A stretch of 64,000 nucleotides of DNA, from NCBI GenBank assembly GCA_963514005.1, contig OY740820.1, positions 24,056,001-24,120,000 of the forward strand, written 5' to 3'. Shown here one piece after another: positions 24,030-34,250 of the stretch (positions are counted from its first letter, which is position 1; every line of letters starts with the position of its first letter). The translations under genes and the position numbers were made by a program. The notes beneath the pieces were generated by a model, which did not search any database, was not told the origin of the DNA, and saw only the letters and a list, made by a program, of their open reading frames with translations. The stretch comes from Raja brachyura. Taxonomy: Eukaryota.

Positions 24030-24358
24030 CTTCAGCATAACTTCTGATATATAAAATTGGACAGGCTAGATGCAGGAAAAATGTTCCTGGGGAGTCCAGA
24101 AACAGGGGTCACAGTTTAAGAATAAGGGGTAGGCCATTTAGGACTGAGATGAGGAAAAACTTTTTCACCCAGAGAGTTGTGAATCTGTGGAATTCCTTTA
24201 GCCCTAAGAGTTAGATTTACCTCTTAGGGCTAAAGGAATCAAGGGAAAAAGCAGGAATGCTGTACTGTTTTTAGATGATCAGCCATGATCATGTTGAATG
24301 TGGTGCTGGCTTGAAGGGCTGAATGGCCTACTCCTGCACCTATTTTTCTATGTTTCTA
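24030..24358 (+). mobile_element. CR1 LINE 3' end
   Basis: Closely similar to 59350-59717; ends GAATGGCCTACTCCTGCACCTATTTTTCTATGTTTCTA. Confidence 0.85.
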
Positions 24359-24379
24359 ACCACAGAAATATTCCCATAC

Positions 24380-24511
24380 CCATCCAATGTTTCTGTGATT
24401 GAAGTTATTGGTTTCTTCTTGCTCTTTCTGCATATTGCTGTCAAGGAAAGCGATTTTAGAAATTCTTTCCAATGTCTCCATGTTGGACTTGCCTTTCCAA
24501 TAAATCGAGTT
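24380..24511 (-). CDS. TARS3: TARS3 exon (end of N2 domain/linker), divergent
   Basis: NSIYWKGKSNMETLERISKIAFLDSNMQKEQEETNNFNHRNIGW, recognisably NSSTYWEG..METLQRIYGISF...RDHRKIG; 132 nt phase 0-0. Confidence 0.75.
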
Positions 24512-24624
24512 CTTCAAATTTGTATATAAAGTTGTATATAATTTAAAACAATATTATGCGATTGTGATGAAAATCAATGAAACATTCTCCCTCGTCAAAG
24601 AGTGGATAGCATACGTTTTCTCAC

Positions 24625-24675
24625 CTTAAAAATTCTGAAAGCTTTAATTTGGTCACGATGCAATTAATCAAGATA
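24625..24675 (-). pseudogene. TARS3: Degenerate relic of the TARS3 editing-domain exon (normally CGPLIDLCxGPHVRHTGKIKxxKIFK)
   Basis: 3' part reads HRDQIKAFRIFK|GTGAG, but there is an in-frame TAA two codons upstream; LINC (LIDLC-like) lies in another frame and the GPHVR segment is absent. Confidence 0.6.
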
Positions 24676-25398
24676 CTTTCAGCAGTTCATCAGTAGAAAA
24701 TATTAGTTGTTATGCCAAATGTCTTTACATTTCTAAGAATGTAGACATGCCTTCTTCATGATTACGTCTATGTGCTGGACCTGGAACAGGTCATCTGATA
24801 TATTATCACACCGGACATTAAAGCTGCTAATGCTCTCCATTGCCGACCAACCAATGAAAACTGAATATTCATTGTCACCTCTTTGGAAGAAACCCTCAGA
24901 CTGTTTAATTATGCTTGATGAGTATAAGCATAATTCTGGTATCCTAAAAAAAATATATACACAGTCAATCCTCGTTATAACAGACCTTAAAGGGTAGGTG
25001 GTGTCTGTTATTGACGATTGTCCACTATAACTTGGTAAAGGAGGATTATTGTATAAATAGTAGAAACACACAACTAGAGTTGCTGGTTGATACACAAAAG
25101 GACACAAAGTGTTTGAGCAACACAGCTAGTCAGCAGCTCTGAAGAACATGGATAGGTAATGTTTTGGATCAAAGAAGAAAGACCAGACCCTTCGTCAGTC
25201 TCTGGACCTGGAATCCAAATGAATTGATGGCCCCGGCCTGTTAGCGGCTGGGGAAGAGGTGAGGGTCATCGGAGTCATTGGTTGCGGGCAGCCGGAGCGC
25301 AGATAAGGGTCGGCGGCAGTGGCGGTGATATTGACGGTGGTAGTGGCAGCGACAGTGGTGGCGGGGATGACGGTGGTAGTCTCAGTGGCGGTGGTGGG

Positions 25399-25584
25399 TG
25401 TAAAGTTTGAGACCACGTAAGGCCCTGTTGTGACTAGCACAAAGAAAACACATCCGACATCTTGTAAGTAAGGTTTAATCTCGACAACCGACGGAAACTT
25501 CTCCAAGGTCACCTGACCTCAATCACGGCGGCACAGGCATTTATATTAAAGGGGCACTGGCATTTATATTACATATACATCACA
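25399..25584 (-). repeat. 3' LTR
   Basis: TGTAAAGTTTGAG...CATCACA; adjacent TCCTCCCCCTT (25585-25595) is the PPT AAGGGGGAGGA on minus. Confidence 0.95.
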
Positions 25585-25855
25585 TCCTCCCCTTTACTAT
25601 AATTACAATTCTCCCACTTTGCTATAATTACAATTCTCTCCCTTCCCTTAAATTACCTTACATCTCCCACTCCAACGTTGGTCAAAACTAATAACTTGAA
25701 CCTTTAATCAATTTAATGTGGATAAAGTACCCCAATAACACAGTGCTCTTTATACTACAAAACTATTAAATAATTGACCAAAAATTTTACATAACAAGTC
25801 AAGTTGGGGGTTTTGACAATCGCCCACTTCTTGTGCAAGTCGTATTTCCAACTCG

Positions 25856-27142
25856 TTATGTGTGGTATTTCTGTTGTGTGCGAGAACCTTGTGATGCAGC
25901 CTGTGATAGTTCTCTTGAGTCTGGGAGACTAGCTCCTTCTCGGAGAGGGGTTCCTCCTTGTGGGAGAGTGTTCGCACTTGTCTGCTGCGTGTTGCCAGGG
26001 CATAGCTCAGCTGCTTCGTGCGCAGGTCGTATGTCCTTCCTGTTTCTGCGGAACTCCGTACTGCTCGGTGTAGAGATGACGTAGCTCCGAGGTGACAGGT
26101 TTTCTCTTGCAATCCAGCCACGTTGCCACTCGGTTGGTTTGGCATGAAACCACACCTGTTGTTGTCCCAGGCGCGGCAGCGGCGTGGCGCTTGCCTTCTC
26201 ATTGAAGTATGCTGCCTGTTTTTCTTGCTGGACGGCCAGTTGTGGTCCCATGGGAGGGACATGATGAGGCAGTAAGAGTGATAGAGGCGATGGCAATTTG
26301 CTTCTTAACAGTCTACTGTTCAGTAACTGTGATGCGGCATAGCCACCTGGCCCGTCAAGGGGTGTGTTGCGGTATTCGAGGATGGCGTACATCGGGTCAC
26401 GGCCGCTTCGTTTGGCTTTCCTCATAATACTTTTTATAGTTTGCACACAGCGCTCTATCTTCCCGTTGCTCTGTGGATATATGGGACTTGAGGTGACATG
26501 GGCAAATTCCCAGGCATTCTGGAACCTACGAAACTCAGCACAGACAAATTGTCGCACATTGTCTGTCATCACCAAGTCTGGAATGCCTTTCCGGGCAAAC
26601 ATGGCCGTCATCTCACGTATCACCAAATGTGACGTCATGTCCGTCAGTTGTGCTATTTCTGGGTACTTGGAGTAAAAGTCCACCACAAGCAAATGGTAAA
26701 CTCCATCCAGATGGAAGATGTCTGTGCCGACCTTAGACCAAGGTCTGCTGGGGATGAAGTGTGGTTGGAGCGGCTCGCTTGCTTGTGTTTTCCTGATCGC
26801 CTGGCATATCGAGCAATTTCCCATAGTGTCCTCAATCTGTGCATTCACTCCTGGCCACACAAATAAATTGCAGGCTCGTTGTTTAAGTTTCACCACTCCC
26901 AGATGCGATTCATGCAGCGCGTTCAGCATCTGCCTTCGCATGCTTTGGGGGACTACAATTCGGTTTTCCCTCAAGACTAATCCATCGACTTCAACCAGCT
27001 CATCATGGTATGTATGAAACGGAGTCAAGTCCGAGGGCAGATCACACCTGTTACTAGGCCAACCTTTTGCTATGTACTCGCACAACAATGTTAGGGTTTG
27101 ATCTTTTTTTTGTTTCAGCTTTGAACTGCGCAAGGCGCTCAT
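25856..27142 (-). CDS. gypsy integrase (separated from RT by a frameshift)
   Basis: HHCC (LHESH...CSIC), D-D-E core (GTDIF, MTDN, NGKIERCVQTIK), PRSY...RRNR C-terminus. Confidence 0.92.
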   Translation of the reverse strand: MSALRSSKLKQKKDQTLTLLCEYIAKGWPSNRCDLPSDLTPFHTYHDELVEVDGLVLRENRIVVPQSMRRQMLNALHESHLGVVKLKQRACNLFVWPGVNAQIEDTMGNCSICQAIRKTQASEPLQPHFIPSRPWSKVGTDIFHLDGVYHLLVVDFYSKYPEIAQLTDMTSHLVIREMTAMFARKGIPDLVMTDNVRQFVCAEFRRFQNAWEFAHVTSSPIYPQSNGKIERCVQTIKSIMRKAKRSGRDPMYAILEYRNTPLDGPGGYAASQLLNSRLLRSKLPSPLSLLLPHHVPPMGPQLAVQQEKQAAYFNEKASATPLPRLGQQQVWFHAKPTEWQRGWIARENLSPRSYVISTPSSTEFRRNRKDIRPAHEAAELCPGNTQQTSANTLPQGGTPLREGASLPDSRELSQAASQGSRTQQKYHT

Positions 27143-28573
27143 CTGACATGTGTAGGATGGCTTCTACAGCATGAATCACGTTCGACAGTGCGGTGTACTC
27201 TTCCGCAGGCGTGTTTGCATTGGGCAACCGACTCAGGGCATCGGGGACAAACATTTCACGTCCTGGCTTCCACCGTATTTCCAGGTCGTACCATAGCAGG
27301 TGCATTCGCTGCAGTCTGGGGCTTAATTTGTGTAGCGGCTTGGCAAGCAAGCCTACTAATGGCTTGTGGTCAGTAAAGATTACTGTGCGCTGACTAACAA
27401 TGAAGTCATGAAACTTTCTGCATGCGTACAATATGGAGCACAGCTCCTTCTCTATAGTCGCATAGTTGCGCTCAGCCGCATTCACACGCTGTGAAGCATA
27501 TGCAACAGGTCTCTCGTCTTGCATCAGTACCGCTCCAAATCTGTTGTTGGAAGCGTCTGTGGCAATTGAAGCGGGCACGTTCACATCGTACAGTTTGAGT
27601 ACGGGTGGCGAAGTGAGAAGACATTTCAGCTTGTCTACTGCCTGTCTGTGCTCCTGCTCAAAATACCACACTATTCCCTTTTCTGTTAGCTGTCTAAGTG
27701 GGGCGGTGATCTCCGAGAGGTTCGGAATAAACATGGCCATGTTTGTCACCATCCCCAAGAACGTTTGCACTTCAGCCTTGTTTGTCGGGTATGGCATTTG
27801 TAACATGCTGCTGACACGAGATGGGCTTGGCGACACGCCTGCTTGCGAGATGACGTGTCCCACATATTCAATCTCATTTGAGCGCATTACCGACTTTCGG
27901 GGATTGAGCTTTAGGCCAGATTCTTCCACCCGTTCGAGTAGGGCTTTCACCCTTGCGTCATGTTGTCCTGTGTTCACACCCCAAACGAGAATGTCGTCAA
28001 CAACTATCTCCACCCCTTCTAAATCGACAAACTCTTCCTGCATCGCCCGCTGCCAAATCTCACTTGCGGATGAGATTCCAAATGGAAGCACGAGGTATCG
28101 GTATCTCCCAAAGGGAGTATTAAATGTGGTCAGACGCAAGCTGTCATCGCTCAGTGGGAACTGCCAGTACCCACTTGTAGCGTGAAATTTCGAGAACCAT
28201 TCTGCATTTGGCATGTGGGCTGCAATGCTCTCGAACGTCGGCATCGGAAATGCTCCCTACGAATGGCCGCATTGAGGTCACGTGGGTCAAGGCATATGCG
28301 GACTTCGCCATTAGGCTTGCTAACCACAGTCATTGAATTCACCCAATCCGTCGGTTCGCTCACGGGCTTTATGACTCTCAAGCTTTCCATGCGCTCTAAT
28401 TCGGCTTTGACCTTATCCCTGATCTTATAGGGGATAGTGCGGGGCAGGTTTTGCTTAGGTTGCACGTTCTCTTGCAGCGCTATGTTGTACTCATGTCTTT
28501 TTAGCCTTCCCAGCCCTTGGAAAATCTCGCGGTTTTCCCTCAATGATCCTCGCAGTGTATGATGGGCTCGCAC
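27054..28573 (-). pseudogene. gypsy reverse transcriptase-RNase H (frameshift near 28245)
   Basis: VRICLDPRDLN; LPFGISSASE; VVDDILV; TDAS...YATIEKE...TDHKPL; split across ORFs 28151-28573 and 27054-28244. Confidence 0.95.
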
Positions 28574-28579
28574 TCACAC

Positions 28580-28981
28580 CATCAACTGCCTCCTTTCGCA
28601 CAAGAAGCCCTAACTTTTCACACGTTAGTTTCCCAAATATGGGTTTCACATTCCCCCTCACTATTTGAAAGACAACCCTGTGCTCTTTCTTGCCTACTTT
28701 GACGTTCCCCTTTGCCTGCCCACAGGCTTCATTGTATGTCCAGAGTATGACCTCAGTGTCACGTTCGTGTTCAGTAAGGCAAGACCAGTCTTTCTGAACA
28801 AGTGCTCTGGCAGGATGTCCACTTCAGCTCCAGAGTCAAGTTTGAACTCAATGTTCACATTGTTGATGCTGCACATCTGTCCCCATTCACGCGTTGACTC
28901 AATCACAGCGTCAGTCACGGCGTCAATGTAGAAGACATCAACATCGTCGTTCACTGGCTCAGGCAGCGGTGCAGTGTTCAT
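28580..28981 (-). pseudogene. gypsy aspartic protease (frameshifted)
   Basis: FKLDSGAEVDIL active-site motif in ORF 28694-28981. Confidence 0.88.
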
Positions 28982-29039
28982 CTGGAACTCGACGTCGCGG
29001 ACGTCATGGCTCCAGTCCCCGGCCTTTTGTCTGATTAAC

Positions 29040-29805
29040 TGTCATGTTGTCGGGGACGTGGGCGGCTGTTGGGCGCTCTATTTACCGGGCAGTCGGGGGA
29101 TCTGGAAAGATGTCCAATCTCTGCACAGGTATAACATCTCATGTACTGAGCAGGGCAGTAGTTGCTTTTATGCCTGCGGGTGCATGACCGGCAGACGGTA
29201 TCCTTACCAGAATCACGGATTTCTGTCTGCGGTTGTCTGGGTCACGAATCCCTGCCCCATGGCCGACTGGCTCTGTCCCATTTCACGTAATCAACAGTCT
29301 CTTCAGTGTCGATGGCAGTTGGGGCAATCTGCTTCATCTGTTCGGCTGCTGCTTCAGCTATCAGACACATGTCACTGCATTTTTCCAGTGTTTAATCATG
29401 GCATTGTAGTAGTTTTTCCCCAGAGTGGCTGGCTGCTGATGCCGCAGACAATTCTGTCTCGCAGCAATGAGTCATAGATAATGCCAAACTCACAATCTTT
29501 GGCTAAAGACTTCACTGCAGTCAGGTAGCTGGAGAAGGTCTCCCCTCGCCGCTGATTACGTGTATTAAAGATATATCTTGAGACAGTTAAGTTATTTTTT
29601 GGTTCACAGTATGTCTGAAACTTAGTCTTCAGCGTTTGTATTTTGTCAGTTTCCTCCTGGGCAAACTCAAAGGTCTCATAAATCTCCTGAGCTGCCGGCC
29701 CGGCTACGTGGAGGAATGTTGCACACCAAATCTTATCTGGTTTATTTGTCAGTTCTGTTGCCGCCTCGTACAGCTGGAATGCCCTTATCCAGCCCTTATA
29801 ATTCT
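29040..29805 (-). pseudogene. gypsy gag (5'-truncated, frameshifted; two CCHC zinc knuckles)
   Basis: WIRAFQLY...RYIFNTRNQRRGETFSSYLTAVKSLAKDCEFG...LRDRIVCGI; downstream CRSCTRRHKSNYC and CYTCAEIGHLSRSPDC. Confidence 0.88.
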
Positions 29806-29808
29806 TGG

Positions 29809-29824
29809 CCCACTTCTGACACCA
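29809..29824 (-). other. Primer binding site complementary to tRNA-Leu 3' end
   Basis: Minus strand TGGTGTCAGAAGTGGG immediately inside the 5' LTR; matches the CCCACTTCTGACACCA 3' end of tRNA-Leu. Confidence 0.85.
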
Positions 29825-30010
29825 TGTAAAGTTTGAGACCACGTAAGGCTCTGTTGTGACTAGCACAAAGAAAACACATCCGACATTTTTAAAGTAAGGT
29901 TTAAACTCCACAAGCGACGGAAACTTCTCCAAGGTCACCTGACCTCAATCACGGTGGCACAAGCATTTATATTAAAGGGGCACTGGCATTTATATTACAT
30001 ATACATCACA
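29825..30010 (-). repeat. 5' LTR
   Basis: Direct repeat of 25399-25584 with 9 substitutions by manual comparison. Confidence 0.95.
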
Positions 30011-31094
30011 GTGGGGGTGACACCTGTGGCAGCGATGGTGATGGTGTTGGCGGCGGCTTTGGAGCAATCAGGTTGGAGGTGGTAGGTGGCCGTGGTGGGT
30101 GTGGTGGTAGGAGCAGCCGGAGAGGCAGCCGGAGAGGTGGCACAGGCCAGGATGGCATCAGCTGCCCAGCCTGGCAGTGTAGGTCGGTAGGTCTGTCCGC
30201 TATAGCTAAAATCCATAATAAAGAGGTCCGAAAAGCAAGGATTTACTGTGTATCTTTTTTATAACAAAGTCAGAACAGTGTTTTTGTATGGGTCCAACAT
30301 AATTTCAATCCATCTTATGAAGTTGCCAGGTGCATGTTTTTTTTTGGTCACCGTAACCTGAAGCATATATGTTTTAATGAAGTTTGCTCCTGTAACTCCC
30401 TTGTGTTCCCCCAATCCCACTTGGAAACATGTTCCAAGGAGCATGTGACCAGGGAACTTGGATTGTTTTCTCTGGAGCATCAGGGTAGCTTCTGAGAATC
30501 AGTTTCGATCATCAGGTTTTACCAGAATCAAACTCGAATCAATCAGCACTCCAGTCTACCATGTTGGTTAACTTGATGCTATGGATTGGAATCACTAAAG
30601 ATTTTCATTTACGTTCAGGAAAATGAAATTTGTTAAGGGCTTGTGGCTATCCCTGGCAAAGAAAGCACTTATTGCACAGCTGTAATTGCCTTTCAACTAC
30701 ACAAGGTTCATTTGGTCAGTTCAGAGATAAGAGTTAACCACATGGTTGTGGGTCTGGGATCAAAGAGTGCCACATTTTCTTGTTTGACTAGATGGGTTTT
30801 TACAAGGCAGCAGTTTAATGGTGATCAGTACCCAGACCACCCTTTTCAATGCAAAGGGATTCAAACTCATGTATCCAGATCAATAGACCAGGCCTCTGAG
30901 TGCTGGCCTTGCAAGTTCACTACACTCATGTCAAAAGCTAACTACTGACAATCACAAAATTTATTAATTTAGAACATGCAGATTGTTCCTGAATCAAGCC
31001 TTTTCCCCTCTAATGAGATGAAGGGCAACAATTAGTTTTGGCTGGGATGAGCAGAGAGAATTGTTTGTAAACTTGAATGACAACATCAATCACA

Positions 31095-31270
31095 AATGTA
31101 GGAAGGAACTGTAGATGCTAGTTTTCACCGAAAGATAGACCTTCCATTCTCCCCTTAATCTCAGCCTGAAAAAGGGTCTCGACCCAAAACGTCACCCGTT
31201 CCTTTTTCTCCATTTTTCAGATGCTGCCTGACCTGCTGAGTTACTCCAGCATTTTGTGTCTATCTTCAAT
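31095..31270. mobile_element. Penelope pLTR-derived short element
   Basis: GTAGGAAGGAACTGTAGATGC...GATAGAC and GGGTCTCGACCCAAAACGTC...GAGTTACTCCAGCATTTTGTGTCTATC. Confidence 0.65.
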
Positions 31271-32505
31271 CACAAATGCATTCCAAACCAGTATTGGGCT
31301 GGTTTTAAATGTAACCAACAGGGCTGTAACGAATTCTGCACAAGATCGCCAGAGTTTATGAAGAACAGCTCTTTTCCAAAGTTATTTAAGATTAGTGCTC
31401 AAAGCAGCAAGTGAGCCGCCAAACCCGAGGATTGACTAAGGTCAGCAAGTACATGATACTGGGAAGTATTCATTTACCCAAACGTCAGTAGTGAAAGCCT
31501 GGACGAGAAAGCACAGGTGGCTTTGGTGTTGTGGGAAATTTCTGGAGGAAGCCTAGATGGATCATCCACGGCCCTTCTGCTTGAACATGGCTGCAACTGC
31601 TTCAGCACTTGCAGGCCAGCCTCAGTGGTTGTTGTGGACAGATGACTGTGAACCAACTTTCATCAGCTGTTCAATTTTCCAGCACAACTCAGAACCACAA
31701 ACAACTGCATTACAGAACTTCAATTGGATCAGTTAATTGTGGGATTGTTTAGTTCCTTCCTTTACATGGTGTTATTGCAGTTTGTGCACAATGTGTTACA
31801 GTTTTGACAGGCCGAAGCCTGGTACATTTCTCAGCTGGCCAGTCTGTATTTCTCTTCGAAGTTGAGGATTATGAAAGAGCTTGGAACGCTACTTTTAAGG
31901 AATGATTCTGAGTGGAACTATTTCAAGCTGTTGTTCAACTACAGTATAACACAGCACTCCTGCCTTATACACCAGCCACCAGATGTTTGTGAAAAACACA
32001 TTTTAAACATTATTGTCCTGTCAATTACTTCCCCAAATTCAATACTGATCCCTGATGAGGCAACCGTTTTGTTTTTAATCCATTTTAATGTCACAGTTAT
32101 GGTACAACCGCCTGACCGGTTTAAGTAGTAAATCAATGGATTAGGAGTCTCATTTAGGCAAGAGTAGGTAAGGATGACAGATGTCCTACCCTAAAGGGTA
32201 GTGGCAAATTGTGTGGGGTTTTAAGATAATGCAATAGCTTTCCTCATTACACAATGGTCATTACAGTATTGGTCACCTTATTTAAGGAAAGACGTTAATG
32301 TGTTGGAAGCAGTCAGAGAACGTTTAAGATTATTATTAAGTTAATACTTGGAATGGGGGGGGGGGAGTTGCCTTACGATTTTACACCGAGTACTCTAGTA
32401 TTTGTCAATTAGGGAGGTCAATGGGTAGTGTTTAGGTTCAGGCAACGATGCCCAGTAGAGCTGGTGTCTCTCACACCAACGTGTCCCAGATAATTGCCGC
32501 CCTAC

Positions 32506-32742
32506 CTGGGGCCTAGGACCGGCGCTGTGTGGGGCCGGGCCCCTCGCCATCTCCGCCCGCAAGCTCCGCTGCAGGTGCAGTCGACGATACTTCAACTTCT
32601 CGTTCTCCTCTCTGAGGCTCTGCAAGTCCGAGCCGACTAGTAACTCCTCGTCTTCACTTTGCAGCCGCTCAATCACCTGACTGAGCCGACGGACCTCAAC
32701 CTCTTGGCCGGCCAAGAGCCGCGCTATCGCCGCCGCCATCAT
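32506..32742 (-). CDS. TARS3: TARS3 exon 1 (N-terminal coiled-coil/leucine-zipper extension)
   Basis: MMAAAIARLLAGQEVEVRRLSQVIERLQ...LQSLREENEKLKYRRLHLQRSLRAE; donor CAG|GTAGGG, phase 0. Confidence 0.9.
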
Positions 32743-32764
32743 CCCGCTCACCCCACGGCCGCCG

Positions 32765-32913
32765 GCAGGCGCACTGACAGACCGCCGGCACCCACGCAGG
32801 CGCACTGACGGACCGCCGGCACCCACGCAGGCGCACTGACGGACCGCCGGCATCCACGCAGGCGTACTGACAGACCGCCGGCACCCACGCAGGCGTACTG
32901 AGCGACCGCCGGC
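32765..32913. repeat. 31-bp tandem repeat (~4.8 copies) at the TARS3 promoter/5'UTR
   Basis: Unit GCAGGCG(C/T)ACTGAC(A/G)GACCGCCGGCACCCAC; begins ~23 bp upstream of the ATG. Confidence 0.92.
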
Positions 32914-32979
32914 GCCGATCCCGTTGCCTTAGCAACTGTATGAGGCGATGAAGCCCATTCGACGTCTCCTGAGGAACAG

Positions 32980-33103
32980 CAGAAGGGTCTCGACCCGAAA
33001 CGTCGCCTATCTCCTTCACTCCTTAGATGCTGCTGCATCCGCTGAGTTTCTCCAGTTTTTTGTGTAACCCTCGATTCTCCAGCATCTGCAGTTCCTTCTT
33101 TAA
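32980..33103 (+). mobile_element. Penelope pLTR-derived short element
   Basis: AGAAGGGTCTCGACCCGAAACGTCGCCTATCTCCTTC...CAGCATCTGCAGTTCC, near-identical to 16767-16856. Confidence 0.75.
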
Positions 33104-33579
33104 CAGTTTACCGTGCGTGTTTAGTCGAATATTTCCCAGTTATGAAGCACTCATTTGAAGCCACACTTCTATCATCTAAATAGGGTGTGGAAGAGTTCCA
33201 GATTTCCGCTGACCTTACTGCTTTCCCTGAAGGGCCTGTCTACACCAGCCCATAAATTCGGCCCCCTGTCTGAGGAAGGTTCTCGACCCAAAACATCCTC
33301 TCCTCTCTTTCACCAGCAGAAGATAAACTCCAGTGAGAATCCGTGCCCTTGGAACGATTCTCAAAAAATACAGCTGGATCTGGATCGGTTGAGCAGTTGG
33401 GCAAGGGATGGTGAATGAGTTTAAGACAGTTAAGTATGGGTGTAGATGTGGCATATTGGTTGGTGTGGGCGTTAGATGACGGGCTTGTTTCCATGATGTA
33501 TGACTATGACTTTATAACTCAGTGCCAAGTAGATGCAGATCAGAGTGATCAGAATAATTGGTGGTTTGAGTCTGACAAT

Positions 33580-34250
33580 CAGTCATTTCGGGTCAAGACC
33601 CTTCTTCAGACTGATGTCCGGGGGGGGGGGGGGGGGTGGGAAAAAAAAGGACGAGGCAGAGACAGTAGGCTTTGTGGCAAAGCTGGGAAGGGGGAGGGGA
33701 AGGAGAGAGAAAGCTAAGGCTATCTAAAATTAGAGAAGTCAATGCTTCTACCACTGGGGTATAAACTACCAAAGCGAAATATGAGGTGCTGTTCCTCCAA
33801 TTTGCTCTGGGCCTCACTCTGGCAATGAAGGAGGCCCAGTACAGAAAGGTCAGATTGGCAATGGGAGGGGGAGGTGAAGTGCTGAGCAACCGGGAGATCG
33901 GGTTGATTAATACGAACTGAGAGGAGGTGTTGGGCGAAGCGATCGCCGAACCTGCGTTTGGTCTCGCTTATGTAGAGAAGTTGGTGCCTGGAACAGCGGA
34001 TGAAGTAGATGAGGTTGGAGCAGGTGCAGGTGAACCTCTGCCTCACCTGGAAAGACTGATTGGGTCCTTGGATGGAGTTGAGGGGGGAGGTAAAGCAACA
34101 AGTGTAGCATTTCCTGCGATTGCAGGGGAAAGTACCCGGGGAGAGGGTGGTTTGGGTAGGAAGGGACGAATTGACCAGGGAGTTATGGAGGGAACAGTCT
34201 CTGCAGACAGCAGAAAGGGGAGGAGATGGGAAGATGCCTACCATTGTTTG
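33580..34250 (-). mobile_element. Penelope-like element (Neptune-type) GIY-YIG endonuclease region plus pLTR
   Basis: ORF 33720-34280: PGTFPCNRRKCYTC...FTCTCSNLIYFIRC...LLYISETKRRFGDRFAQH...VAQHF...LEEQHLIFRFGSL.PSG. Confidence 0.9.

Larger units (their letters stand above)
25399..30010 (-). mobile_element. Ty3/gypsy LTR retrotransposon (Mag-like), near full length, frameshifted
   Basis: Two 186-bp TG...CA LTRs, 5-bp TSD GTGGG (25394-25398, 30011-30015), tRNA-Leu PBS, PPT, gag-PR-RT-RH-IN order. Confidence 0.97.
24960..30250. mobile_element. pogo/Tigger-like non-autonomous DNA transposon (host of nested SINE-like and gypsy insertions)
   Basis: Imperfect TIRs TA|CACAGTCAATCCTCGTTATAACAGACC (left) and GGTCCGAAAAGCAAGGATTTACTGTG|TA (right), each flanked by TA. 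Confidence 0.55.
13893..32742 (-). other. TARS3: TARS3 (TARSL2)-type cytoplasmic threonyl-tRNA synthetase gene, divergent; 12 recognisable exons, TGS/editing exons not found intact
   Basis: TARS3-type coiled-coil exon 1, class II catalytic core exons, anticodon-binding domain exons; lies between TM2D3 and TJP1 as in mouse. Recognisable exons sum to 1590 nt in frame (529 aa). Confidence 0.9.

Noticed and set aside
24733-24943. Open minus frame with a good acceptor (RIPELCLYSSSIIKQ...) as a missing TARS3 exon
   Set aside because: No convincing ThrRS similarity and its open phase does not fit exon 1; cannot be supported without RNA data.
25195-25512. Two ORFs sharing the N-terminus MTLEKFPS (also 29396-29938), mucin-like tail
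   Set aside because: The shared part is the LTR read in frame from a non-ATG start; the Thr-rich tail is low-complexity flank.
27466-28185. 239-aa plus-strand ORF
   Set aside because: Antisense shadow of gypsy RT; no independent features. The same applies to 25750-26262, an alternative frame overlapping the integrase end, which has no env-like features.
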